From Halorutilales archaeon Cl-col2-1 (GTDB taxonomy: Archaea > Halobacteriota > Halobacteria > Halobacteriales > Afararchaeaceae), in NCBI GenBank assembly GCA_041891055.1, contig CP169074.1:832001-896000 (forward strand): 64,000 nt of DNA, given 5' to 3'. The notes beneath the pieces were generated by a model that had not been told where the DNA came from, did no database searches, and saw only the letters and a list, made by a program, of their open reading frames with translations. The first letter of the stretch is position 1. Each line of letters starts with the position of its first letter. Positions 9,784-19,388 of the stretch are shown piece by piece. A program made the position numbers and the translations under genes.

Positions 9784-10926
9784 ATGTCGAAGTTCTCAGA
9801 GAGGGTAGGACGCGTCGAACCGAGCGCGACTCTACGTATAAGTGATCTCGCTAGTAGCCTCGAATCCGAGGGAGCCGATGTCGTCGACTTGAGTGTCGGG
9901 GAGCCCGACTTCACGACCCCCGAGCACATACGTGAGGAGGCGAAGGAAGCTCTCGACAGAGGGGAGACAGGATACACGCCGACGAAGGGCATTCCCGACC
10001 TGCGTGAGGCGATAGCCCACAAGCTCAGGGAGGAGAACAGTCTGAGCGTCGACAGGGACGAGATATACGTCACCCCGGGTGCTAAGGACGCCCTCTTCGA
10101 GTCTATCTTCTCTCTTCTCTCAGAGGGCGACGAGGCGGTTCTACTCGACCCCGCGTGGGTGTCGTACGAGGCTATAGTCAAGATGGCTGGCGGAGAGATA
10201 AACCGGGTACAGCTCGACCCCGAGACGGGATTCACTCCCGGAAGCGTCGACCTCGCCGAACACGTCTCCGACGACACGCGTCTGATGATCGTCAACACGC
10301 CGTCGAATCCCTCGGGAGCCGTCTTCTCGAAGGACGAACTCAAGGAGATACGTGACCTCGCGGTCGACCACGACTTCTGGGTCGTGAGCGACGAGATATA
10401 CGAGAAGATAATCTACGACGCCGAACACCACTCGCTCGGTGCGATGGACGGCATGGCGAACCGCACGATAACCGTCAACGGCTTCTCGAAGGCGTACGCG
10501 ATGACTGGATGGCGTCTCGGCTACTTCACCGCTCCCGAAGAGCTCCTCGACGAGGCGGGTAAGGTACATTCTCACTCAGTCTCTTGTGCGACCAACTTCG
10601 CACAGTGGGGTGGGCTCGCCGCACTCGACGGAAGTAACGAGCCCGTCGAGAAGATGCGTGACACCTTCGAGTCGAGACGTGACCTACTGATGGACGCACT
10701 CGCCGACATAGGCGTCGAGATGCCCGAGCCGAAGGGTGCCTTCTACGCCTTCGTTCCCGTAGAGACAGACGACGACGCCGCTCTCGCCGAGGAGATACTT
10801 CAGGAGGAACACGTAGCCACTACTCCCGGAAGTGCGTTCGGAGTAGACGGCTACCTGCGTATGTCTTACGCCGCGAGCGAGGAGAGGATCAAGGAAGGCG
10901 TCGAGAGAATAGCCGACTACGTTTAG
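9784..10926 (+). CDS. Class I PLP aminotransferase (aspartate aminotransferase-like)
   Basis: GEPDF, NTPSNPSG, SDEIYE, NGFSKAYAMTGWRLG (PLP Lys). Confidence 0.93.
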   Translation: MSKFSERVGRVEPSATLRISDLASSLESEGADVVDLSVGEPDFTTPEHIREEAKEALDRGETGYTPTKGIPDLREAIAHKLREENSLSVDRDEIYVTPGAKDALFESIFSLLSEGDEAVLLDPAWVSYEAIVKMAGGEINRVQLDPETGFTPGSVDLAEHVSDDTRLMIVNTPSNPSGAVFSKDELKEIRDLAVDHDFWVVSDEIYEKIIYDAEHHSLGAMDGMANRTITVNGFSKAYAMTGWRLGYFTAPEELLDEAGKVHSHSVSCATNFAQWGGLAALDGSNEPVEKMRDTFESRRDLLMDALADIGVEMPEPKGAFYAFVPVETDDDAALAEEILQEEHVATTPGSAFGVDGYLRMSYAASEERIKEGVERIADYV

Positions 10927-11125
10927 ATCTTTTTCTAGATCTCCACTATTACTCTCTTTTCATAGTAGAGACAACGGATTTCGACTTTCATACTACAAAA
11001 TTTAGTCCGGTTCTAGAAATATTTCGTCATTTGCACCATAAAAATATTATAAATACAGTACTATCACAGAACCGTCATGGGATGGAGAGATAAAGACAAA
11101 GAATCCTCGACTAAGGGTGGTATGG

Positions 11126-12511
11126 ATGGACAGACGTAAGTTCCTCTTCAGTTCCGGAGCCGCGGCAGTCTCGGTTCTCGTCGGCTCGGATGCGTTCAGT
11201 CAGATAAGAGCGAGACAGAGAATAGAGATAGGGACTGCTGGAGACGGGGAGGCGTATCTTCAGATACTTCCGAACGAAGGTGAGAAGTACGCAGATATAG
11301 ACGGCAACGAGCTGAGTATCGAGATCGAGAAGCTGAGGCGGGACTCGGAGACTACTTTCAGCGACCTCCTTGAAGTACGTAACCAGGGAACTGACCCCGT
11401 AGGTCTGTATATCGAGAACACGACCAACAGCACCGCGGACGGCGCGGTCGACTTCAAGTCTGGCGGTGACAGTATAGTCGGGGAAGACAGAGCGGTCGAA
11501 CTTCCGGTAGGGGAGTCTAAGAACGTCTCGGTCGCAGTGGATCTACTCAGCCACAACGAGTCTGACCTCCCCGAAGACGGAACCCTCGATGTAATATTCG
11601 TGGCTGACTCAGAGATAGTCGACAGTGGTAGCAGTGGTACTGACGACGGTGACGGTGGTAGCAGTGGGGACGACGGAGACCAAGACACGGGAGCCACGGA
11701 TACACTGTCGGTCGCCGCGCCCGACACCGTCGAGGTTGGCGGCTCTAACACGGTCGACTTCACAGCTACTGTCGCCGACACGGGTACCGGAGGAGGAGAA
11801 GCCACAGTCTCTCTCACCGTCGAGGGTAACCAGGAAACTGAGAAGACCGTCGATGTCCCGAGCGACGGCGAGACAGAGGCTACGTTCTCGGTCGGTACGG
11901 TCTACGACGATGTCCACGGAGACGGCTACCCCTACGACGACAGACACGGTAGCCTGAGGCTCGACGGCACCGACTGGGAGGTCTCCGCCGACCTAAACGG
12001 AACTGCCCAGTCTGAGAACGGAAGTACCGACGTGCAAGACGCACCGATAGAGTTCTACGAGCCCGATAACGAGTACATCTGTGCAGTCTGTGGAATGATG
12101 ACGAAGATGTACGACAGCTGGAATGCACAGGCTACACACGACGACGGAACACGTATGGAGTTCTGTTCGACGGGCTGTCTCGTGAGCTACTACGTCGATC
12201 CGCAGGGAGGAACACGTGCTGTCGACGTGCCCGACTCTCCTATAAACGGCGTCTGGGTCGTCAACTTCCCCGACAGACCTGTGACAGGACCCGAACTCAT
12301 CGACGGAGACAAAGCCTACTTCGTCCTCGACTACGACGTGGCTAACCGGTTCACTACGCCGATGAGCGGAAGTCCACCAGCCTTTGAGACAGAACAGGAC
12401 GCAGTCGACTACGTCAACAGCTACGACAACGTCGACGAGTCGGATATAGTCTCTATTGAGGACTGGGACGACGCCGCAGCAAACGAGTACAGACCTAACT
12501 TCCACTCGTAA
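11126..12511 (+). CDS. DUF1102-like secreted protein fused to a C-terminal NosL-like domain
   Basis: N-terminus MDRRKFL..GSDAFSQIRA..AGDGEAYL; Gly/Asp linker and Ig-like segment; C-terminal CAVCGM..FCSTGCL..TPM. Confidence 0.72.
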   Translation: MDRRKFLFSSGAAAVSVLVGSDAFSQIRARQRIEIGTAGDGEAYLQILPNEGEKYADIDGNELSIEIEKLRRDSETTFSDLLEVRNQGTDPVGLYIENTTNSTADGAVDFKSGGDSIVGEDRAVELPVGESKNVSVAVDLLSHNESDLPEDGTLDVIFVADSEIVDSGSSGTDDGDGGSSGDDGDQDTGATDTLSVAAPDTVEVGGSNTVDFTATVADTGTGGGEATVSLTVEGNQETEKTVDVPSDGETEATFSVGTVYDDVHGDGYPYDDRHGSLRLDGTDWEVSADLNGTAQSENGSTDVQDAPIEFYEPDNEYICAVCGMMTKMYDSWNAQATHDDGTRMEFCSTGCLVSYYVDPQGGTRAVDVPDSPINGVWVVNFPDRPVTGPELIDGDKAYFVLDYDVANRFTTPMSGSPPAFETEQDAVDYVNSYDNVDESDIVSIEDWDDAAANEYRPNFHS

Positions 12512-12565
12512 CGGTTAAGTTCTTTATTTCGGCGTACGTCTTCAGCCGGCTCAGCTTAAACTCAG

Positions 12566-13750
12566 ATGAGACAGGCAGCCCTCAGACTCACACAGTATCT
12601 CGTAGCCCTTCTCGTGGTAGCGTCAGTCGTAGGATCAGGCGTCGGACAGCCCGTCGTCGTGGGATACGTTAGCACCGACAGCATGGAGCCGGAACTCGAA
12701 CCCGGCGACGGCTTCGTAGCAGTTCCGTCTTTTCTGACACAGGTCGACGAAGGCGACGTAGTCGTCTACGAGAATCCCGAGACATCGAGTCTCACGACCC
12801 ATAGAGTAGTCAGGAGAACCAACGAAGGCTACATAACTAAAGGGGACGCGAATCCGTTTACTGACCAAGACAGGGGTATACAGCCCGTAACCCGGGATCA
12901 GATAGTCGCAACTCCTCTTCAGTTGGGAGGCGACGTCGTCAGGATACCCCATATCGGAGACGTCTCCCGAGTCATACAGTGGATATTCGGTTCAGTTGGT
13001 GAGGGTCTCTCGTCAGCACTCGGGATGGGAGTAAATGTGACGGATATCGCCTACACAGTCCTCGGGGTGTCAGGGGTAGGATACGTCTACGAGACTCTCC
13101 GGAGTCGACACGGGTCGGGAAGACGGGAACTACTCGCCGAGAAAGAGAGGAGACAGAGAATCCTAACTGAGCCAGCCGTATCGCCACAGGTAGTACGTCT
13201 CGCCGGAGTGGGTCTCGTCGTTGTAAGCGCGGCGGTAGCTATGTACGTTCCCTCAGGGAGCCACACAGTCGGTGTTGTGAGTGCGGAGTTCGAGTCAGAC
13301 GCCGACTTCGTGGTAGAGACAGGAGAGACCGAGGCTTTCGGATACACGGTCTCGAACTCGGGATATCTCCCCGTAGTCTCGTACACAGAGACCCAAAGCA
13401 CCGTCGTAAACATCCGTCCAAGACGTGTCTACGTGTCGGGCAAGGATAGCTCGGAGATCACTGTCGAGGTCGAAGCCCCCGACGAGACGGGCTACTATCC
13501 GAGCGAGATCACTGAGAGAAGGTACATAGCTCTCATTCCCGCGGGTGCGATAGATACTCTCCACCGACTTCATCCGTGGCTACCCTACGTCGCAGTACTC
13601 TCGTTACTCGGTGTCACGACGTATGGAGTGGGTCTCGTCGTCGTACGTGGTAGCCGCGCCGAGAGGATTCTCAGACACTGGGAAACTGCGAAGGTTAGTA
13701 TAGAAGAGATGGAGGCGAACACAGAAGTAGACGGTGACGGAGACAGATGA
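12566..13750 (+). CDS. S26 signal peptidase I (SipW-like) with membrane and Ig-like C-terminal extension
   Basis: Catalytic STDSMEP, TTHRVV, ITKGDANPFTD. Confidence 0.88.
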   Translation: MRQAALRLTQYLVALLVVASVVGSGVGQPVVVGYVSTDSMEPELEPGDGFVAVPSFLTQVDEGDVVVYENPETSSLTTHRVVRRTNEGYITKGDANPFTDQDRGIQPVTRDQIVATPLQLGGDVVRIPHIGDVSRVIQWIFGSVGEGLSSALGMGVNVTDIAYTVLGVSGVGYVYETLRSRHGSGRRELLAEKERRQRILTEPAVSPQVVRLAGVGLVVVSAAVAMYVPSGSHTVGVVSAEFESDADFVVETGETEAFGYTVSNSGYLPVVSYTETQSTVVNIRPRRVYVSGKDSSEITVEVEAPDETGYYPSEITERRYIALIPAGAIDTLHRLHPWLPYVAVLSLLGVTTYGVGLVVVRGSRAERILRHWETAKVSIEEMEANTEVDGDGDR

Positions 13751-14229
13751 AACTGAGGCGTCTCTCACTCCGTCTGAGAGGATTGGTCGATGACTACGGC
13801 TTTCTCGTAGCCGTGGCGGGTGTTTTCCTCGTGACATCTGGATTGGTCTTTGACTTCAGATCCCTCTATCTCTGGATAGGCTTGAAACCGGGAATCGGGG
13901 TGATACTCAGAAACGACGAGATAACCGTAGCTGCGTCGGGAGTCTCCTTAATTCTCGCCGCCGTCGTCGGCTACCTCTATCCACTGTCGGAGACTGAAAG
14001 CGACTGGCTGAGCTACATTAACACCCTCGACGAGTACGACGACCTCGTGGTCTCGGCACATCTTCCCGACGATGCCTTCGACGAGCCTGTATCCCGGGTA
14101 GAGTCTCTCGAAGATCTCATCGGTATCGCACTGAGCCAGAGGTCGGTAGTCATAGAAGATGAGACAGATAGATACTTCGTACGCGGCGACGGTGTCGTAT
14201 ACGTCTACGATCCGCCTCCCGAGCCATAG
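13747..14229 (+). CDS. Short DUF5305-like membrane protein
   Basis: C-terminal EYDDLV..VESLEDLIGIA..VIED..YVY pattern; ATGA overlap with the peptidase. Confidence 0.6.
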   Translation: MKLRRLSLRLRGLVDDYGFLVAVAGVFLVTSGLVFDFRSLYLWIGLKPGIGVILRNDEITVAASGVSLILAAVVGYLYPLSETESDWLSYINTLDEYDDLVVSAHLPDDAFDEPVSRVESLEDLIGIALSQRSVVIEDETDRYFVRGDGVVYVYDPPPEP

Positions 14230-14294
14230 AAGTACAAATCAATTTTAATTAAGACAAACGTAATTGTTTTATGCCCCGAACGAGAGTTCGAAGT

Positions 14295-14879
14295 ATGGCG
14301 GTTGAGATAGTCAAGGAGGTGAGTGCAGGTCCTACGAAGCCCGAGGTACGTGGTATACTTCTCCAGAAGTTCGGTCTGAAGGAGGGCGACAGTTTCCTCG
14401 ACGTCGGAAGCGGCACGGGTGCTGTCTCGATAGAGGCGGCGCGCCGGGGTGCCGATGTCACAGCAGTTGACAGACGTGAGGAGGCAGTCGAGTCGACACG
14501 TGCGAACGTAGAGAACGCAGGTCTTTCCGACTCGGTCGAGGTAGTCCACGGAGTCGCGCCCGACGCGATAGCCGGTGTCGAACCCGACGTCGCTTTTATA
14601 GGAGGATCACGCAACTTCGAGTCTGTTCTGGATCTCTTAGAGGAAAAGGGAGTCAGAAAGGTAGTGATGAACGCCGCACGTCTCGAAACTGCAGCAGAGA
14701 TGGTGTCGGAGTTCAGGGAAAGAGGGATACTCGAAGAGAGCTTCCACATACAGGTCTCGAAGGGAAGGGAGTTAGTGGGACAGACGGCTTTCAAGCCCAA
14801 CACACAGACATACATGGTAGTCGGATCGTGTGACGGAAGTAAGGGTAACCAGAACGAGGAAGAGGAGGGAGACGAGTGA
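14295..14879 (+). CDS. cbiT: Cobalt-precorrin-6B C15-methyltransferase (decarboxylating)
   Basis: GPTKPEVR, DVGSGTGAVSIE, FIGGS; first gene of cob cluster; alternative start 14271. Confidence 0.9.
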   Translation: MAVEIVKEVSAGPTKPEVRGILLQKFGLKEGDSFLDVGSGTGAVSIEAARRGADVTAVDRREEAVESTRANVENAGLSDSVEVVHGVAPDAIAGVEPDVAFIGGSRNFESVLDLLEEKGVRKVVMNAARLETAAEMVSEFRERGILEESFHIQVSKGRELVGQTAFKPNTQTYMVVGSCDGSKGNQNEEEEGDE

Positions 14880-15631
14880 CACTCTACGGAGTCGGCTTAG
14901 GACCCGGTAGGAAAGACCTCCTGACTATCGGCGGGAAGGAAGCCCTTGAAGACGCAGACGTCGTCTACACGCCGGGACGTCTCTCGAAACGCGTCGTGAC
15001 CGAGTACGTCTCGGAGGACAAGATAGGAGACCTCGACTTCCCTATGACGCGCGACCCCGAGAAGCTCAGGAAGGCGTGGAAGGAAGCCGCAGACGAGGTC
15101 GCTTCAACTGCGGAGAACCAAGACGCCGCGTTCGCAACACTCGGCGATCCCAATATCTACTCTACTTTCGGACATCTCAGAAGGACACTCGACGCCTTCC
15201 ATCCCGAGGTAGACGTCGAGATAATACCCGGCGTCAGTAGCGTGACTGCTTTCGCGACGGCTCTGGGTGTCGAGATAGAAGCGGGCTCTAGCCTCGGACT
15301 CCACGAGGCGAGCGACGGCGACGCGCCGACAGAGAACGACCGGATGGTTCTGTTCAAGGTCACCGACGCCCCCGAGACGGCGACGAAGCTCGATGACGCG
15401 GGCTACGACGTCGTCTTCGGAAGACGTCTCTACATGGAGGAGGGAGACACCGTGGTCACAGAAGACCCCGAGAGAGTCGAGGAGAGGGACTACTACACTC
15501 TAGCGTACGCCGAGAGACGTGGTGTCGAGAAGGATATTGCTACGAAGGAGTTCGAGACACAGAATGATGACGAGAACACGAAAAGGACGAAGACAGAAAC
15601 GGAAACCGAGACAGAGACGGAGGCAGCATGA
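14876..15631 (+). CDS. cbiL: Cobalt-factor II C20-methyltransferase
   Basis: YGVGLGPG, DFPMT, TLGDPNIYSTF, IPGVSS. Confidence 0.9.
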   Translation: MTLYGVGLGPGRKDLLTIGGKEALEDADVVYTPGRLSKRVVTEYVSEDKIGDLDFPMTRDPEKLRKAWKEAADEVASTAENQDAAFATLGDPNIYSTFGHLRRTLDAFHPEVDVEIIPGVSSVTAFATALGVEIEAGSSLGLHEASDGDAPTENDRMVLFKVTDAPETATKLDDAGYDVVFGRRLYMEEGDTVVTEDPERVEERDYYTLAYAERRGVEKDIATKEFETQNDDENTKRTKTETETETETEAA

Positions 15632-16434
15632 CTGAGACAGACGAAGGCATACCCTTCATAGGAGCGGGACCCGGAGACCCGGGTCTGATGACGGTTCGCG
15701 GAAAGCAGCTTACGGAGGACGCAGACCTCGTCGTACACGCGGGGTCACTCGTCAACTCCGAGATACTCGACCTCTACTGTGACGACGCCGAGAAGGTCAA
15801 CTCAGTAGGTAAGGATCTCGAAGAGCTCGTGCCTCTGATGAGGGACGCCTACGACGAAGGAAAGAACGTCGTGCGTCTCCACTCGGGAGACCCCTCGATC
15901 TACGGCGCGGCACTCGAACAGATGGACGCCTTAGAGGAAGAAGGAGTCCCGACCTACTTCGTCTCGGGTGTGACATCGGCTTTCGCCGCCGCGGCGACGC
16001 TCCGGACACAGCTTACTCTCAACGAGGTGTCCAACCACGTCGCATTCACTCGTCCACAGGGCAAGACGCTCTCAGAGGAAGAAGACCACATAAGCGACTT
16101 CGTCGAGATGGGAGATGTCACGACGTGTATCTACCTCGGTACACACGCAGTCTCGGAGACTATGGAACGTCTCTTGGACGACGGACACGACCCCGAGACT
16201 CCCGTCGCAGTCGTCTACCACGCCTCGTGGCCCGACGAGGACGTCATACTCGGAACTATCGAGGACATAGGCGACAAGGTCGAGGAGGCGGGCTACCGTG
16301 CGTCGGCGCTCGTGATGATAGGAGAGGCTGTCGAGGGAAGCGGATACGAGAGGTCGTACCTCTACGGCGACTGGGCTTCGGATAATGACAGCGACGACTA
16401 CGAACAGAAGGACAGAGAGGAGGGTCAGACGTGA
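15628..16434 (+). CDS. cbiF: Cobalt-precorrin-4 C11-methyltransferase
   Basis: FIGAGPGDP, AGSLVN, RLHSGDPSIYGA, ASWPDE. Confidence 0.93.
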   Translation: MTETDEGIPFIGAGPGDPGLMTVRGKQLTEDADLVVHAGSLVNSEILDLYCDDAEKVNSVGKDLEELVPLMRDAYDEGKNVVRLHSGDPSIYGAALEQMDALEEEGVPTYFVSGVTSAFAAAATLRTQLTLNEVSNHVAFTRPQGKTLSEEEDHISDFVEMGDVTTCIYLGTHAVSETMERLLDDGHDPETPVAVVYHASWPDEDVILGTIEDIGDKVEEAGYRASALVMIGEAVEGSGYERSYLYGDWASDNDSDDYEQKDREEGQT

Positions 16435-17372
16435 GTTCTGATCCCGACTCCGAGGGAGAGGTCGCCGAGGACGTCGCTATTATCTCGTTCGAGAGGAAGA
16501 TGGAGACAGCCGACGACGTAAAGCAGGGGATAGAGTCAGAGTACGAGACAGTCGACGTCGTAGAGTACCATTCCGATGTCTTCGAGGAGAACTGGAGGGA
16601 CTACGACGCCTTCATAGGTCTGATGGCGAGCGGAATCGCCGTCAGAAAGATCGCTCCCTTGCTTGAGTCGAAATGGGACGACCCCGGTATAGTCGTCACA
16701 GACGAGGAGCTTACGTGGGCGATACCCATCACGGGAGGACACCACGGCGCGAACCAGGTCGCTAAGGATCTCGAAAAGCTGGGTGCTGTCCCGACGATGA
16801 CGACAGCGAGCGAGGTCGCGGGGAAGCAGTCGGTCGAGTCGAAGGCTAAGGCTCTCGACGCCCACGTAGTCAACGGAGACTCGACTGTGAAGACTAACCT
16901 CGCCGTTCTCAACGACGAACTCGACGCCGTGGAACGTCTCGAAGGTCCACGTGCGGTTCTCGTGGGCGACGACGTCACAGTTCTCAAGAGAAACAAGGAT
17001 GAGAACGAAGGAGTAGTCGTCGGAGTCGGTGCGGTCAGCGACGTCGAGACAGACGACGTCAAGGACGCCGTAGAGACGGCTCTCGGAGAGATCGGAAGAG
17101 ATGTCGAGGACGTCGAGTTCATAGCCACCGCGACGAAGAAGGAGGACGAGGAGGGCATACTCGAAGCCGCGCGCCAGTTCGACGTCGGTGTCGTGACATT
17201 CGACAAGGAGACTCTTCAGAGCCACGTCGGACCCAGCGACTCACGTGCCGAGGATCTCGTGGGCTGGCCTGGGGTCGCCGAGTCGTCGGCTCTCGCTGGA
17301 AGCAGACAGAGGCAACTCGTACTCGAAAAGAACGCCTACCACAAGGCGGTAACTGTGGCAGTAGCTGAATAA
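16431..17372 (+). CDS. cbiG: Cobalt-precorrin-5A hydrolase
   Basis: MASGIAVRKIAP..K..DP, GGHHGAN, TTASE, GVAE. Confidence 0.92.
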   Translation: MSSDPDSEGEVAEDVAIISFERKMETADDVKQGIESEYETVDVVEYHSDVFEENWRDYDAFIGLMASGIAVRKIAPLLESKWDDPGIVVTDEELTWAIPITGGHHGANQVAKDLEKLGAVPTMTTASEVAGKQSVESKAKALDAHVVNGDSTVKTNLAVLNDELDAVERLEGPRAVLVGDDVTVLKRNKDENEGVVVGVGAVSDVETDDVKDAVETALGEIGRDVEDVEFIATATKKEDEEGILEAARQFDVGVVTFDKETLQSHVGPSDSRAEDLVGWPGVAESSALAGSRQRQLVLEKNAYHKAVTVAVAE

Positions 17373-17374
17373 GA

Positions 17375-18403
17375 ATGAGCGAAGGAACATTATACATCGT
17401 AGGAATAGGACCCGGAGTCCCCGACAAGATGACACAGGAGGCACGTGACGTGATACGCGACTCGGAGGTCGTAGTGGCTTCGTCGCTCTACCAGAAGTTC
17501 CTGCGTCTCGACGACGTGATAGGGAACAAGATCACAGACGACGAGATGATAGAGGAACTCGCTGACGAAGACCCCTTCCCGATAGACGAGGACACGGGAG
17601 AAGAAGGACGCCTAGAGGTCACGACTACCCCCGGAGGCGCTCTCTACGTCGAGGGGGCTACACTCTCGGAGGCTGAGGAGAAGGTCGAGGACGAGGGCAT
17701 AGACGCCTTCATAACCACTCTCGACAGCGGATACGCCGACTACATCGACACGGGAGACGAGGGTGACGGTCAGCTTCTCGTCAAGTCGTCTATGGGGAGA
17801 CAGGTCGAACTCGCCTACGAGGCGATAGCACGTGTCCGAGAGGGGCAGGACGTCGCACACGTCAGCGGGGGCGATCCCAACACCTACGGCAAGTCGGATC
17901 TAGTCTTCAAGGTTCTAGAGCACGCCGACACGACCGACGTCAACGTCGAGATAGTCGAGGGCGTCACCGCGGGGATGAGTGTCTCCGCCGACCTCGGAGC
18001 ACCGCTGTCAGGAGACTTCGCGACGGTGAGCCTGTCGGACAAATGGCGCGACTGGGACGTCATAGAAGACCGTCTCAGGAACGCCGCGAGGTCGGACTTC
18101 GTGATACTCCTCTACAACTGCTGGACGGGGTACGACGAGGCGGCAGACGTCCTACAGGAAGAACTCGACGACGAGGTTCCCGTCGGGATCGTCCACGACG
18201 CCGGACGTGAGGAACACGGAAGGAACGACGACGGCGAAGTATATAGAGTAACGAACGTCGGAGAGATGAAGGAGTACTCCGACGAGATATCCGGGATGGG
18301 TGTCTCTGTCCTTGTCGGCAACTCGAAGACCGAGGTCTGGGAAGCCGACGACAGGGACTACCTAGTTACGCCGAGAGGCGGAAGAGACATAGAGGACTTC
18401 TAA
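17375..18403 (+). CDS. cbiH: Cobalt-factor III C17-methyltransferase (copy 1, with acidic internal insertion)
   Basis: VGIGPG, VSGGDP, LGAPLSGDFATVSLSD, LVTPRG. Confidence 0.85.
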   Translation: MSEGTLYIVGIGPGVPDKMTQEARDVIRDSEVVVASSLYQKFLRLDDVIGNKITDDEMIEELADEDPFPIDEDTGEEGRLEVTTTPGGALYVEGATLSEAEEKVEDEGIDAFITTLDSGYADYIDTGDEGDGQLLVKSSMGRQVELAYEAIARVREGQDVAHVSGGDPNTYGKSDLVFKVLEHADTTDVNVEIVEGVTAGMSVSADLGAPLSGDFATVSLSDKWRDWDVIEDRLRNAARSDFVILLYNCWTGYDEAADVLQEELDDEVPVGIVHDAGREEHGRNDDGEVYRVTNVGEMKEYSDEISGMGVSVLVGNSKTEVWEADDRDYLVTPRGGRDIEDF

Positions 18404-18422
18404 TAACATACAGGTGACCAAA

Positions 18423-19388
18423 ATGAGCACAGACTCCAACAGTACGACTGACACGAGCACAGACACAGAATCGAAATGCGGCGGATCAACGGACAGCAGC
18501 AGTTCGTCGGGCGGCTGTACCGCCAACACGTCGGACGACGACCTCGACACCTCCGACTCAACGTGGGAGCCCGGAGAGAGATGGAGGAGCACCGACGCTA
18601 CGGCGGGAGACGAGTCGGAGTTCGGAAGCTTCACTGTCGTCGGACTCGGTCCGGGTAGCGTCGAGGAGATGACACAGAAGGCTATCGAGGCACTCGACGA
18701 AGCCGACCACATAGTCGGATACGAGACCTACGTCGATCTCCTTCCCGAGAAGGTGAAGGAGGGAACCGAGATATTCTCGACGCCGATGTGTGGCGAAGTC
18801 TCGCGTACTGAGGAGGCTGTCGACCGCGTCTTAGACGGAAACGACACTGCGATAATCGGAAGCGGAGACCCCAACGTCTACGCCCTCGGAAGCCTCTCAA
18901 TGGAGCTTTTAGAGTCGAAGGGCGCGACACCCGAGGCGGTCGACTTCGACGTGGTCGCCGGAATCCCCGCAGCACAGTCGTGTGGCGCGCGTCTCGGCGC
19001 GCCGTTTGTCAACGACACCGTGACGGTCAGTCTCTCCGACTACCTCACGCCGATGCCTGAGATAGAGTCACGTCTCCACTCGGCGGCGAGAGAGGAGTTC
19101 ACGATAGTCATATACAACCCGTGGAGCCGTAAGAGACGTGACAACTTCGAGAAGGCGGTCGAGATACTCCAGCACCACCGTCCCGACGACACTCCCGTGG
19201 GAATAGTCAGAGACGCGGGACGTGAGGACGAGGTCTCGAAGGTCGTCCCCCTCGGAGAGCTCGACGAGTGGGGCGAGACCGATCTCATCACGATGACGAC
19301 GACTCTCATAATAGGAAACGACGAGACGTACGTCTGGAACGACAAGATGGTGACACCGCGTGGCTACCACCAGAAGTACGACTACTGA
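18423..19388 (+). CDS. cbiH: Cobalt-factor III C17-methyltransferase (copy 2, Ser/Thr/Cys-rich N-tail)
   Basis: VGLGPG, MCGEVSR, GSGDP, YNPWS.KR, MVTPRGY. Confidence 0.9.
   Translation: MSTDSNSTTDTSTDTESKCGGSTDSSSSSGGCTANTSDDDLDTSDSTWEPGERWRSTDATAGDESEFGSFTVVGLGPGSVEEMTQKAIEALDEADHIVGYETYVDLLPEKVKEGTEIFSTPMCGEVSRTEEAVDRVLDGNDTAIIGSGDPNVYALGSLSMELLESKGATPEAVDFDVVAGIPAAQSCGARLGAPFVNDTVTVSLSDYLTPMPEIESRLHSAAREEFTIVIYNPWSRKRRDNFEKAVEILQHHRPDDTPVGIVRDAGREDEVSKVVPLGELDEWGETDLITMTTTLIIGNDETYVWNDKMVTPRGYHQKYDY

Noticed and set aside
14229-14295. Cobalamin riboswitch upstream of cbiT
   Set aside because: The gap is short and AT-rich, with only promoter-like sequence.
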